Shown piece by piece: positions 10,603 through 18,724 of a stretch of 64,000 nt of DNA. This stretch comes from an uncultured Actinomycetes bacterium. GTDB taxonomy: Bacteria > Actinomycetota > Acidimicrobiia > IMCC26256 > JACDBD01. Both the position numbers and the translations under genes were made by a program. The stretch spans positions 87,652-151,651 of the forward strand of contig CAWAGI010000007.1 of NCBI GenBank assembly GCA_963781615.1. Direction: 5' to 3'. Positions within the stretch are counted from its first letter, which is position 1. Every line of letters starts with the position of its first letter. A model generated the notes under the pieces. That model searched no databases. It saw only the letters and a program-made list of their open reading frames with translations, and was not told the origin of the DNA.

Positions 10603-10820
10603 CCGGGAGCGAGGGGGCACAGATCGGGACGAATAACTAGTCCCATCGCGTTGGACATTTGGTCCCGATGGGCTATCCCCTCCGGATACTTCGCAGGCTA
10701 CCCTCAATGCACGATTCGGACACGGACAAATCGGGTAGGTCGCACAAGTGGGGCCTCCAGGACGCCGAGGCTCCGGACCGCACAGGGGTAGGGAACGCGA
10801 GAAGCGAGAGTGAGGAAGCA

Positions 10821-11027
10821 ATGGCGATGGACGCGAGTTCTGAGCACGAGGCCCTTCTGACCCCGTCAGAGGTCGCCGCGATGTTCAGGGTCAACCCGAA
10901 GACGGTCACCCGCTGGGCCCGTGCCGGAAAGATCTCGGCCATCCGGACTCTCGGCGGCCACCGACGCTTCCGGGCGTCGGAGATTCGTCGGTTCTTGGAG
11001 CAAGTCGAGGAAGGCTCCGAGGTCTAA
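10821..11027 (+). CDS. bldC: BldC-family small MerR-like DNA-binding protein
   Basis: ATG 10821 preceded by GAGGAAG, inside ORF 10659..11027. LLTPSEVAAMFRVNPKTVTRWARAGKISAIRTLGGHRRFRASEIR closely matches my recollection of Streptomyces BldC. Confidence 0.85.
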   Translation: MAMDASSEHEALLTPSEVAAMFRVNPKTVTRWARAGKISAIRTLGGHRRFRASEIRRFLEQVEEGSEV

Positions 11028-11049
11028 GCCGACAGCACAGCTTGTGCGA

Positions 11050-11077
11050 CGACCCGGGCCGAGGCCCGGGTCGTTTG
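11050..11077 (+). terminator. intrinsic terminator after bldC
   Basis: CGACCCGGG CCGAGG CCCGGGTCG hairpin (9-bp stem) followed by TTTG. Confidence 0.6.
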
Positions 11078-11101
11078 CTGTCCGGCTCTTCCTCCTCGTT
11101 G

Positions 11102-11174
11102 TGGCCGGGGACGGCGTCGATCCGTCGACCCCACGCTTTTCAGGCGTGTGCTCTGCCAACTGAGCTACCCGGCC
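11102..11174 (-). tRNA. tRNA-Phe (GAA)
   Basis: The reverse complement is GGCCGGGTAGCTCAGTTGGCAGAGCACACGCCTGAAAAGCGTGGGGTCGACGGATCGACGCCGTCCCCGGCCA. It has a 7-bp acceptor stem, anticodon arm CACGC-CTGAAAA-GCGTG, and an unusual A at T-loop position 54. No CCA is encoded. Confidence 0.85.
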
Positions 11175-11203
11175 GGGAGCGGGCCGCGCACGCAGCCCGC
11201 CGG

Positions 11204-11278
11204 CGGTCCTGACGGGATTTGAACCCGCGAGCTCCGCCTTGACAGGGCGGCGTGCTAACCAGACTGCACCACAGGACC
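11204..11278 (-). tRNA. tRNA-Asp (GTC)
   Basis: The reverse complement is GGTCCTGTGGTGCAGTCTGGTTAGCACGCCGCCCTGTCAAGGCGGAGCTCGCGGGTTCAAATCCCGTCAGGACCG. Anticodon arm CCGCC-CTGTCAA-GGCGG, T-loop TTCAAAT. Confidence 0.9.
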
Positions 11279-11316
11279 ATGTCTCCGACGCTCGACGTTC
11301 GCGCCGCCGGCGCCTG

Positions 11317-11389
11317 TGCCCCCAGGGGAATTCGAATCCCCGCTACCGCCTTGAAAGGGCGGCGTCCTAGACCGCTAGACGATGGGGGC
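11317..11389 (-). tRNA. tRNA-Glu (TTC)
   Basis: The reverse complement is GCCCCCATCGTCTAGCGGTCTAGGACGCCGCCCTTTCAAGGCGGTAGCGGGGATTCGAATTCCCCTGGGGGCA. Anticodon arm CCGCC-CTTTCAA-GGCGG. Confidence 0.9.
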
Positions 11390-11491
11390 CCGTAGCTCCA
11401 CCGGGAGCATCGCATCGTATCAGCCACCCTTTCTCGTCCCGCCGGGCGATCAGTAGGGTCGGGGGAGTCGCCGCGGGCAGGAAAGAGAGAG

Positions 11492-11926
11492 ATGCGCCGA
11501 TTTCGGACCGTCGTCGCCGGGACACTCGTCTCGGCCATGACGCTCGTGACCTACCAGGTCGCCGCGGCGGGCACGACCGCCCGGCCCGCGCAATCGACGT
11601 CGGCTTTCTGCACGACTGCCCAACGGCTTCAGAGTGAGATCCAGGGCCTCGACGACATCGACCTCGAGTCCCTGAGCGTGCGGAGCATCAAGGCGATGTA
11701 CCGGCGCGACGTGAGCCTCATCAAGCAGCTCCAGAAGGAAGCTCCTCAGGAGCTGAAGGACGCGTTCAAGCGGCTGCGCCGCCTGTACCAGCGGGTCGTG
11801 GACGGAAAGCTCAAGCTCGGACAGTTGCCGAGCGCGATCTCGAGAGCAGCCGATGACCTCTCGACGATCTTCACGTATCTCGAAGACGAGTGCGGCATCA
11901 CATTCGAGACGACGACCACCACCTGA
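11492..11926 (+). CDS. hypothetical secreted protein
   Basis: 144-aa ORF with signal-like N-terminus MRRFRTVVAGTLVSAMTLVTYQVAAAG and a helical charged body. GAAAGAGAGAG lies upstream of the ATG. No family recognised. Confidence 0.55.
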   Translation: MRRFRTVVAGTLVSAMTLVTYQVAAAGTTARPAQSTSAFCTTAQRLQSEIQGLDDIDLESLSVRSIKAMYRRDVSLIKQLQKEAPQELKDAFKRLRRLYQRVVDGKLKLGQLPSAISRAADDLSTIFTYLEDECGITFETTTTT

Positions 11927-11957
11927 GCGGCGGCCGATCCGTCGTACGATCGCCCCG

Positions 11958-12030
11958 GGGCCGCTAGCTCAGTTGGCAGAGCAACGGACTTTTAATCCGA
12001 TGGTCCGGGGTTCGATTCCCCGGCGGCCCA
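11958..12030 (+). tRNA. tRNA-Lys (TTT)
   Basis: GGGCCGCTAGCTCAGTTGGCAGAGCAACGGACTTTTAATCCGATGGTCCGGGGTTCGATTCCCCGGCGGCCCA. Acceptor GGGCCGC/GCGGCCC, anticodon loop CTTTTAA, T-arm CGGGG-TTCGATT-CCCCG. Confidence 0.9.
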
Positions 12031-12073
12031 CCTGGAATCCGACGAGACACGCGAGCCTCCGCCTCGTGGCCAC

Positions 12074-12586
12074 TCACGTCGATGACGTGCTGCCTGCGCC
12101 TCCGCTCTCCAAGCTGACGATCACGTAGGTGGTGCCGTCGTTGCTGACGACGACGGTGTTGCCGGTGTAGGCGCCCGAGAACTCCACGGTTCCGACGAAG
12201 GCGCTCCCGGCGCCGGCCGAGGTCGAGTTGTTGACCGTGTACGCGCTGTTGGACTTGTAGAAGTTGAACACGTCGTCGGGCTTGCTCGTCGCGCTGTACA
12301 CGCCGACGAGGACGGTCTTGTTCGTGTTGCCCAGCGAGCCCGAGCCGGCCTTCTTCGTGTCGGGGGCGACCGGGAACCCGGAAGGCCAGCCCGGCGGCAG
12401 CTGACCGTCGAGCGACAGCGACGCCTGACCATCGGGTGTGCTCACCTGGAAGCTCTTGCCACTGCTCTTCGCCGTCGTCGTCGAAGACGACGACTTGTTC
12501 GAGTCGTCGCTCGAGCAACCCGCGACGACTGCGCCGATCAATGCTGCGATCGCCGCCACCCCTGCCAATTTCCGCGTCGTCTTCAC
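12074..12586 (-). CDS. hypothetical lipoprotein
   Basis: Signal peptide plus lipobox (AALIGAVVAGC), followed by a Ser/Thr-rich linker. No family recognised. Confidence 0.65.
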   Translation of the reverse strand: MKTTRKLAGVAAIAALIGAVVAGCSSDDSNKSSSSTTTAKSSGKSFQVSTPDGQASLSLDGQLPPGWPSGFPVAPDTKKAGSGSLGNTNKTVLVGVYSATSKPDDVFNFYKSNSAYTVNNSTSAGAGSAFVGTVEFSGAYTGNTVVVSNDGTTYVIVSLESGGAGSTSST

Positions 12587-12820
12587 GGTTCCCCCTCTCG
12601 AGCGCGCACTGCGAGGCTAACGCCGCTGACAAGTGCGGCCGTGCGCCCGTCGGTTTGTCCAGTACCGACCTCATTCGTCGGAGCTTCAATTTGCCGTGAG
12701 GACGCCGGCGCTCAGTGCTGCCGAACGGCCCTATCTGCGCGCTCGCTGCTCCCGGGAAACTATCCGCCACAAATAGGGCGGGTGCTCGAGCGCGGGTACC
12801 CGGAACACGAAAGGCACGTG

Positions 12821-13666
12821 ATGGGTACTTCCAAACTCTGGCACCTTCCGGTGGTCGGAAGGCTCGGACTGCAGCACGGCCTGCTCGTCGGCTGGTTCCT
12901 TCTGGTCGGCGTGCTCGCGGTGCTGCTCCTCCCGGGCCCGGCAGGGAGCGCGAGCGCTCCGGGATCTCTCGTGGAGGCGCAGGCCGCGACCGTCGACTTC
13001 GGCGGTCAGTCGCACTGCGGAATCGTCGTCGGCATCGGCGCCAGCTTCGGCGGCTCCGGCAGCGGTGACGCGCGGTGCGCGAGCGTCGAGGCCGGTGGCA
13101 ACGCGCAGGTCAACACTGACGGCTTCGGCGACATCGGGATGCAGTTCCAGAACTCTCCGGTGGCTGCGGCCATCTCGAACGTCCACATCTCCAACGAAGG
13201 CGACAACAACTCCAACAACTCGATCATCGGGAACTCCGACTTGATCATCAACGGGAACGCCGGCGCGTCGGCGAACGCCTTCCCGCCGGTGGAGAGTGCC
13301 GCGGCGGCAGCGCTGCCTGCTCCGGCCGCCGTTGATCCACCGGTCACGCCGGATCCGGCGCCACCGGCGTCGGCAGCGGATGTCGGCGGTCAGTCGCACT
13401 GCGGCGTGGTCGTCGGGGTCGGGGCGAGTGGCGGTGGCTCCGGCAGTGGTGACACGCGGTGCGCGAGCATCGAAGCCGGTGGTGACGCGCAGGTCAACAC
13501 CGACGGGTTCGGCGACATCGGGATGCAGTTCCAGAACTCACCCGTGAATGCGCCCATCACCAACGTTCACATCTCGAACGAGGGCAACAACAACTCGAAC
13601 AACACGATCGTCGGTGACAACAACGTGATCATCAACGCCAACTTCGGGATCACGATCAACGTCTGA
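12821..13666 (+). CDS. secreted or membrane-anchored protein with two near-identical Gly/Asn/Cys-containing repeat domains
   Basis: ATG 12821 inside ORF 12641..13666. Hydrophobic N-terminus LLVGWFLLVGVLAVLLLPGPAGSASA. Then come two copies of GGQSHCG-VVG-GAS-GGSGSGD-RCAS-EAGG-AQVNTDGFGDIGMQFQNSPV...NVHISNEG-NNSNN, joined by a Pro/Ala linker. Confidence 0.7.
   Translation: MGTSKLWHLPVVGRLGLQHGLLVGWFLLVGVLAVLLLPGPAGSASAPGSLVEAQAATVDFGGQSHCGIVVGIGASFGGSGSGDARCASVEAGGNAQVNTDGFGDIGMQFQNSPVAAAISNVHISNEGDNNSNNSIIGNSDLIINGNAGASANAFPPVESAAAAALPAPAAVDPPVTPDPAPPASAADVGGQSHCGVVVGVGASGGGSGSGDTRCASIEAGGDAQVNTDGFGDIGMQFQNSPVNAPITNVHISNEGNNNSNNTIVGDNNVIINANFGITINV
13001..13666 (+). repeat. intragenic tandem duplication, two units of about 282 nt with a 384-nt period
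   Basis: GGCGGTCAGTCGCACTGCGG starts both units (13001 and 13385). The units stay alignable at DNA level through GGCGACATCGGGATGCAGTTCCAGAACTC and the Asn-rich tail. Confidence 0.85.
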
Positions 13667-13681
13667 TACCCGTCCGGTAGA

Positions 13682-13717
13682 GGCGCCGGGGAGGGACGTC
13701 GCCCGCTCCCCGGCGCC
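13682..13717. terminator. bidirectional terminator-like hairpin between convergent genes
   Basis: GGCGCCGGGGAG (13682-13693) and CTCCCCGGCGCC (13706-13717) form a perfect 12-bp stem with a 12-nt loop. There is no clear U-tract. Confidence 0.5.
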
Positions 13718-13736
13718 ATCGGCGATCAGCTGAACG

Positions 13737-15158
13737 TCAGTCGAGGCGGGCCGCCACCGGGGACGGTGGAACGGCCGCTTCGACGCGCACGCCTGCGGGT
13801 CGACGCGGGCGCACGATCGTCACGACCAGGGCGACGATGATCGACAGCTCGAAGAGGACGAGGACCACGTTCGACGCGAACAACGTCTGGTACGCGAACG
13901 AAGCCGGGAAGCCCTGGCGATACTGGTACGCCACCAGAGAGAGCGCCGACTGCGCGAGCACGAGGCGGGTGAGCCCGGAGCGCCACTCGAGCACGAGCAC
14001 CGGCAACGCCCACGCCACGTACCACGGCAGCACGTACATCGACGCGAGCAGGTACGCCACGAGGGCGCTCCCGACCACTAGGGTCGGCGTCCGATCATGC
14101 AACCTGCTCGCGACGAGGACGCCGGCGAGGACGAGCACGGCGATGATCGACAGCGTCGCCACCGGCCGTAGGAACTCGGGAGAGAGCGGGACACGGTCGA
14201 GCCCGAACAGGCGCGCCCGCCCGTGCGAGCCGCTCAGCAACCAGATCGAGTTGCGGCTCATCTGGAGGCGCGCCGCTTCGAGGGGTTTGAGCGCGTCGAA
14301 ACCGCCGCTGACCGCGTAGCCGGCGGCGACGACGCCTCCCGCCAACCCGGCCGAGGCGATCGCCGGCCGCGGGCCGCGCCGGCGCCAGATCCAGACGACG
14401 AGCGCGACGAGACCGAGCAGTGCGACGAGCTTCACGAGCGCGCCGAGCGCGATGCACAGCGCGGCGAGCTTGAACCGTTCCTGTGTCGCGAGGAGGACGC
14501 CCGCCAGAAGCGCCAGACCGACGAGCGCGTCGTTGTGCCCGCCGTTCACGATGTCGTAGACGACGAGCGGGTTCAGGCCGATGAGCGCGACTGCAGCAGG
14601 CGCGCGCGTCCTCCTGGCGACGAGCAGCGCCGCCAGGAACACGGACAGGGCCGCCAGCCCCTGGAAGATGAGCCGGGTCGAATGGATGTCCGTGTTCGCG
14701 AACGCCACGACCCCGGCCGAGATGCCGTTCCACAGGGGGCCGTACACCGAGGGCGTGTTCTGCCACATGGGCTTGACGCGCCGGACCGCCCTGTCGTTCG
14801 GGTATTCGACCGGCACGTGCCGGTACGGGCTGGCGCCGTAGTGCGAGACCATGCGTCCGTACGCGGCGTAGGCCCAGATGTCGCTCGAGTTCCGAGGCCA
14901 GTACGTGACCGCCACGACGAGGAGCGCGAGGGCCACGACGAACACGGTGCGCATCCCGAGCGCCCGGCGCCACCGCTCGACGCCGAGGGCGAGTCCGAGG
15001 GCCGCGAACGCCAGCGCCAGCAGGCCGGCTCGGCCCAGCGACGAGAACTCGCGCGCGATCGTGATCGCAGTGGCAGAGGCCGAGACGAGCACGAGCGTGA
15101 GGACCGTGACGCGGTCGGCGACGGTGGGCGCGTCCGCGCCCGCGGGGTCGGGCGGCAC
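13737..15158 (-). CDS. integral membrane GT-C type glycosyltransferase (DUF2029/GT87-like mannosyltransferase family)
   Basis: 473-aa polytopic protein. Periplasmic-loop motifs YGPLW and NPLVVYDIVNGGHNDALV resemble the PimE/MptA-like polyprenol-phosphate-sugar transferases of actinobacteria. Confidence 0.6.
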   Translation of the reverse strand: MPPDPAGADAPTVADRVTVLTLVLVSASATAITIAREFSSLGRAGLLALAFAALGLALGVERWRRALGMRTVFVVALALLVVAVTYWPRNSSDIWAYAAYGRMVSHYGASPYRHVPVEYPNDRAVRRVKPMWQNTPSVYGPLWNGISAGVVAFANTDIHSTRLIFQGLAALSVFLAALLVARRTRAPAAVALIGLNPLVVYDIVNGGHNDALVGLALLAGVLLATQERFKLAALCIALGALVKLVALLGLVALVVWIWRRRGPRPAIASAGLAGGVVAAGYAVSGGFDALKPLEAARLQMSRNSIWLLSGSHGRARLFGLDRVPLSPEFLRPVATLSIIAVLVLAGVLVASRLHDRTPTLVVGSALVAYLLASMYVLPWYVAWALPVLVLEWRSGLTRLVLAQSALSLVAYQYRQGFPASFAYQTLFASNVVLVLFELSIIVALVVTIVRPRRPAGVRVEAAVPPSPVAARLD

Positions 15159-15211
15159 GGCCGGGAGTCTGCCCGAGCGCCGATGAGACTCGGATGAAAG
15201 CGGGCAAACAG

Positions 15212-15847
15212 CTAGGGAACGATGCGGGCAGCTGCGGCGTCGGGCCCGATCACGACGTCGAACCCGTCTCGAGCCGCGAGCCAGTCGCGATTGGCACGAT
15301 GCACCGGGTCCTGCTCGTCGTAGCCGTTCAGCACCACGGCCACGGGTGCGTCCGCGAAGGCGTCGACCGACATCCGCACCGCATTGATCGTGCCGAGCCC
15401 GGCGTCGGCGACGAGAAGCACGAGTTCGGGGGCGACCGCCGACGCCATCGCCACGTTGTCACCGTCGACCGCGATCGGCGACCGAGGTCCGCCGGCACCC
15501 TCGACCAGCCCGACGTCGATGTCTGCGGGCCAGGAGAGCTCGTCGAGCAGGTCGGCGACCGTGAACGGCGGCGCGCCCAGCGCGGCCGCCGCCATTGGTG
15601 GGGCCAGCGCCCGCGTGTACCAGCGGTGCGGTGGGCACACGTCGTGGGGCGACTCACCCGTCGCGGCCGCGAGCACGTCGGCGTCCGTGTGCGTGTCTGC
15701 GGCATCGAACGACTGTGCGGGCTTGCGCGCGCTGACGCGCCTGCCCGCATCCCGCAAGCGCCTCAGCACTGCGGCAGCGATCCATGTCTTGCCGACTTCA
15801 GTGCCGGTGCCGGCCACGAAGACGACGCATGGGGGTCGCGCCGTCAC
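15212..15847 (-). CDS. bioD: dethiobiotin synthase
   Basis: VAGTGTEVGKTWIAAAV P-loop and VEGAGG motif. The start overlaps the bioF stop. Confidence 0.85.
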   Translation of the reverse strand: MTARPPCVVFVAGTGTEVGKTWIAAAVLRRLRDAGRRVSARKPAQSFDAADTHTDADVLAAATGESPHDVCPPHRWYTRALAPPMAAAALGAPPFTVADLLDELSWPADIDVGLVEGAGGPRSPIAVDGDNVAMASAVAPELVLLVADAGLGTINAVRMSVDAFADAPVAVVLNGYDEQDPVHRANRDWLAARDGFDVVIGPDAAAARIVP

Positions 15848-16947
15848 AACTCGGTGAGCGCTGCTGCCAGCTCGTCCACTTGCGCGAGCGAATGCGCCGC
15901 CGACAACGCGACCCGAAGTCGAGAGGTGCCCGGCGGAACGGTCGGCGGTCGTATCGCGGGCACCAGCATGCCTTCGTCGAGCAGCGCGGCGGCGGCGGCA
16001 CGAGTTCGTGCCTCGCCGCCGAAGACGATGGGCACGATCGGCGACTCGTGACCAGGCCGAAGTCGTGCCACGTTCGCACGCAGGCGCGCGGTGAGCTCGG
16101 CGCCCTCGTCAGAGCGGATCACCCCGATCGCGGCGAGGGCCGCGGCCGTGTCCGCCGGCGAGAGGGCCGTCGTGAAGATGTACGAGCGGGCTCGGTTCAC
16201 GACCATCTCGGTGTAGCGCGCCGGGCCGGCGACGAAGCCGCCGAGAGCGCCCGCCGTCTTCGACAGCGTGCCGACGCGAACGGCGTCGATTCCGGTGAGG
16301 TCGGGGTCCGGGCCGAGCACGGCATGCGCCTCGTCGAGCACGAGCAGCGCGCCGTGGCCGGCGCACAGGTCGACCAGGCCGTCGACGTCGGCGACGTCGC
16401 CGTCCATCGAGAACACCGTGTCGGTGACGACGATCGCTCGCTCGGCCGCCACCGTGGCGAGCAGGTGCTCGAGATGGTGGAGGTCCCGGTGCCGGTACAC
16501 CTCGACCCGGGCGCGGCTGAGGCGGCAGCCGTCGATGATCGACGCGTGGTTCAGCTCGTCGGAGCAGATGAGCACGCCCGGCGCGCCGAACGTGGTGAGG
16601 ACGCCGAGGTTGGTCGCGAACCCGGTGGGGAAGAGGACGGCTCGTTCAGCGTGCTTCCAGTCCGCCAGCGCCGCTTCGAGGTCGGCGTGCACGGGGCGCG
16701 AGCCCACGATCAGGCGCGCCGAGCCGGATCCGGCGCCCCACCGGTCGAGCGCGGCGTGGGCCGCCGCCACGACGTCCGGATGCTGGGTGAGGCCGAGGTA
16801 GTCGTTCGACGCGAACGACACGACGGGACGTCCGTCGGGGGCGAGCTTCCCTTCGGGGCCGGCGGCGTCGAGGTCGCGCGGCTCCCGCCAGCGGCCCGCG
16901 CCCCGGATGGCGCGGGACTCGCCGTCGGCCCAGTCGCGCCAGGTCAC
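15844..16947 (-). CDS. bioF: 8-amino-7-oxononanoate synthase
   Basis: From GTG (16945-16947, GTGA overlap with the bioA stop) inside ORF 15844..17520. Motifs: SNDYLGL, DELNHASIIDG, DEAHA, PLP-lysine motif GTLSKTAG. Confidence 0.9.
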   Translation of the reverse strand: MTWRDWADGESRAIRGAGRWREPRDLDAAGPEGKLAPDGRPVVSFASNDYLGLTQHPDVVAAAHAALDRWGAGSGSARLIVGSRPVHADLEAALADWKHAERAVLFPTGFATNLGVLTTFGAPGVLICSDELNHASIIDGCRLSRARVEVYRHRDLHHLEHLLATVAAERAIVVTDTVFSMDGDVADVDGLVDLCAGHGALLVLDEAHAVLGPDPDLTGIDAVRVGTLSKTAGALGGFVAGPARYTEMVVNRARSYIFTTALSPADTAAALAAIGVIRSDEGAELTARLRANVARLRPGHESPIVPIVFGGEARTRAAAAALLDEGMLVPAIRPPTVPPGTSRLRVALSAAHSLAQVDELAAALTEL

Positions 16948-18239
16948 GCAGCCGCCACCTCGTCGAGCGCGCCTGAGAGCGCGTCGACGATCCGGTGCAG
17001 CTCGGGCGAGGTGATCGTGAGCGGCGGCATGACGACGACGACGTCGCCGAGCGGGCGGAGCAGGACGCCCCGCTCGACGGCGGCGGCGCAGACACGCCGG
17101 CCCCACCGCAGTCCGTCGCGCGGTGGGGCGAGCTCGATCCCGCTCATCAGCCCCTGGAGCCGCACCTCGCGAACTGCCGCATGAGGCGCCACGCGCCCCT
17201 CGAGCAGACCGCGCAGCTCGGCGGATCGGGCGCGGACGTTGGCAAGCACGTCCCGCTCGTCGAGCAGCTCGAGATGCCGGCGCGCCACCGCGCACGCGAG
17301 CGCGTTCCCTCCGTACGAATGCCCGTGATAGAGCGTGCGGTCGGAGAGGTCGGGCCCGAGGAAGGCGTCGAAGACGCGCTGGCTGGCGACCGTCACCGAC
17401 TGCGGCAGGTACCCGCCGGTGAGCCCCTTGCCCAGGCAGAGCACGTCGGGTCGGAGCCCGCACTGCTCTGACGCGAAGAGCGTTCCAGTGCGGCCGAATC
17501 CCGTCGCCACCTCGTCGCACACGAGAAGCACCCCGTGGTCGCGACAGGCCTCGGCGATGGGCGCGAACGCCTCCGCGGGCGCGATCTGCATACCGGCCGC
17601 GCCCTGCACCAAGGGCTCGACGACCACCGCCGCCAGCTCATGACCGTGGTCGGCGACCATCTGCGCCGCCACGTCGAAACAGCCGGGGTCGTCGAACCCC
17701 GGGGCGCGCAGCACCGGGAACCGGAGCGGGTCGAAGATCTCCGTGCCGAACCCGCCGGCGCCGAGCGAGAGCCCGCCCACGGTGTCGCCGTGGTACGCGC
17801 CGCCGAACGCGAGGTACGTCGTCCGCCCCTCGACGCCGCAGTTGACCCAGTACTGGAACGCGATCTTCAGGGCCTGCTCGACGGCGGCGGCGCCGTCCGA
17901 CGCGAACACGAAGTGCGGCCCGTCGACCGGCACCACGCGCGCCAGCGCCTCGGCGAGCTCGATCGCGGCGCGATTGCCGTTCCCGAGCATGGTGGAGTGG
18001 GCGACGCGGTCGAGCTGATCGCGCAGCGCCTGGTCGAGCTCGGGGACGCGGTGGCCGAGCGTGTTGACCCAGAGCGAGGAGATCGCATCGAGGTACCGGC
18101 GCCCGTCGACGTCGACGAGCTCGTGTCCGTCCGCCGACTCGACGATGACCGGCGCGTTCTCCGTGTAGCTGGCCATCTGGGTGAAGCCGTGCCAGACGAC
18201 GGCCGCGTCACGCTTCGCCCACTGCTCCCCCGAGCTCAC
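16944..18239 (-). CDS. bioA: adenosylmethionine-8-amino-7-oxononanoate aminotransferase
   Basis: VWHGFTQM, YLDAISSLWVNTLGH, LVCDEVATGFGRTG and LGKGLTGGYLP are class III aminotransferase (BioA) features. Confidence 0.9.
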   Translation of the reverse strand: MSSGEQWAKRDAAVVWHGFTQMASYTENAPVIVESADGHELVDVDGRRYLDAISSLWVNTLGHRVPELDQALRDQLDRVAHSTMLGNGNRAAIELAEALARVVPVDGPHFVFASDGAAAVEQALKIAFQYWVNCGVEGRTTYLAFGGAYHGDTVGGLSLGAGGFGTEIFDPLRFPVLRAPGFDDPGCFDVAAQMVADHGHELAAVVVEPLVQGAAGMQIAPAEAFAPIAEACRDHGVLLVCDEVATGFGRTGTLFASEQCGLRPDVLCLGKGLTGGYLPQSVTVASQRVFDAFLGPDLSDRTLYHGHSYGGNALACAVARRHLELLDERDVLANVRARSAELRGLLEGRVAPHAAVREVRLQGLMSGIELAPPRDGLRWGRRVCAAAVERGVLLRPLGDVVVVMPPLTITSPELHRIVDALSGALDEVAAA

Positions 18240-18290
18240 GGGGGGCGATGTTAGGGGCGCGCCCCGTCGGCCCGTCCAAAGAGGATGGCG

Positions 18291-18713
18291 CTAGTCGGCG
18301 ACCCCGTCGGCGGTGAGGTCGCGCAGGGCGGCGCGGATCTGCTCGGCCGCCGCGTCGAGGGAACCCGCGGCCGGGTCGGGATCGGCGTGCGCGAACGACA
18401 GCTCACCGGCCGAGTTGATCGGGACGACGTGAATGTGGGCGTGCGGCACCTCGTCGCCGACGATCATCACGCCGATCCGCCGGGGCCGGAACGCCTGCTC
18501 CTGTGCCTTGCCGATGGTCTGCGCGACGGTGAACAGGTGTCGCGTCACCTCGGGGTCGAGATCGATCCAGTGGTCGACCTCGCGACGCGGCACAACGAGC
18601 GTGTGGCCGGGATTCATGGGCGCGATCGACAGGAACGCGACGCACTCGTCGTCGCGCCAGACGAACACGCCGGGGATCTCGCCGTCGATGATCTTCGTGA
18701 AGATCGAAGGCAC
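18291..18713 (-). CDS. HIT-family (histidine triad) nucleotide hydrolase
   Basis: From GTG 18711-18713: PSIFTKIIDGEIPG and the triad HAHIHVVP. The ORF track shows it fused to the upstream LLM gene only because of a frame break. Confidence 0.8.
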   Translation of the reverse strand: MPSIFTKIIDGEIPGVFVWRDDECVAFLSIAPMNPGHTLVVPRREVDHWIDLDPEVTRHLFTVAQTIGKAQEQAFRPRRIGVMIVGDEVPHAHIHVVPINSAGELSFAHADPDPAAGSLDAAAEQIRAALRDLTADGVAD

Positions 18714-18724
18714 GCGCGTGGAGG

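Noticed and set aside
10626-10680. Small inverted repeats upstream of bldC (ATCGGGAC ... GTCCCGAT and GGGAC-N9-GTCCC) as a purM terminator or riboswitch.
   Set aside because: The stems are only 5 to 8 bp with no U-tract and no recognisable riboswitch core. This is not enough to call a feature.
13001-13666. The repeated DNA at 13001-13282 and 13385-13666 as a CRISPR-like or non-coding tandem repeat.
   Set aside because: There are only two units. They are 282 nt long and in frame within one ORF, and they encode a conserved protein module. There are no short repeat/spacer periodicity and no cas genes.
11958-13720. A tRNA-Lys-associated genomic island carrying the lipoprotein and repeat-protein genes.
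   Set aside because: There is no integrase, recombinase or mobility gene. I could not find a direct repeat of the tRNA 3-prime end downstream. The block is only about 1.7 kb, so it is treated as ordinary accessory content.
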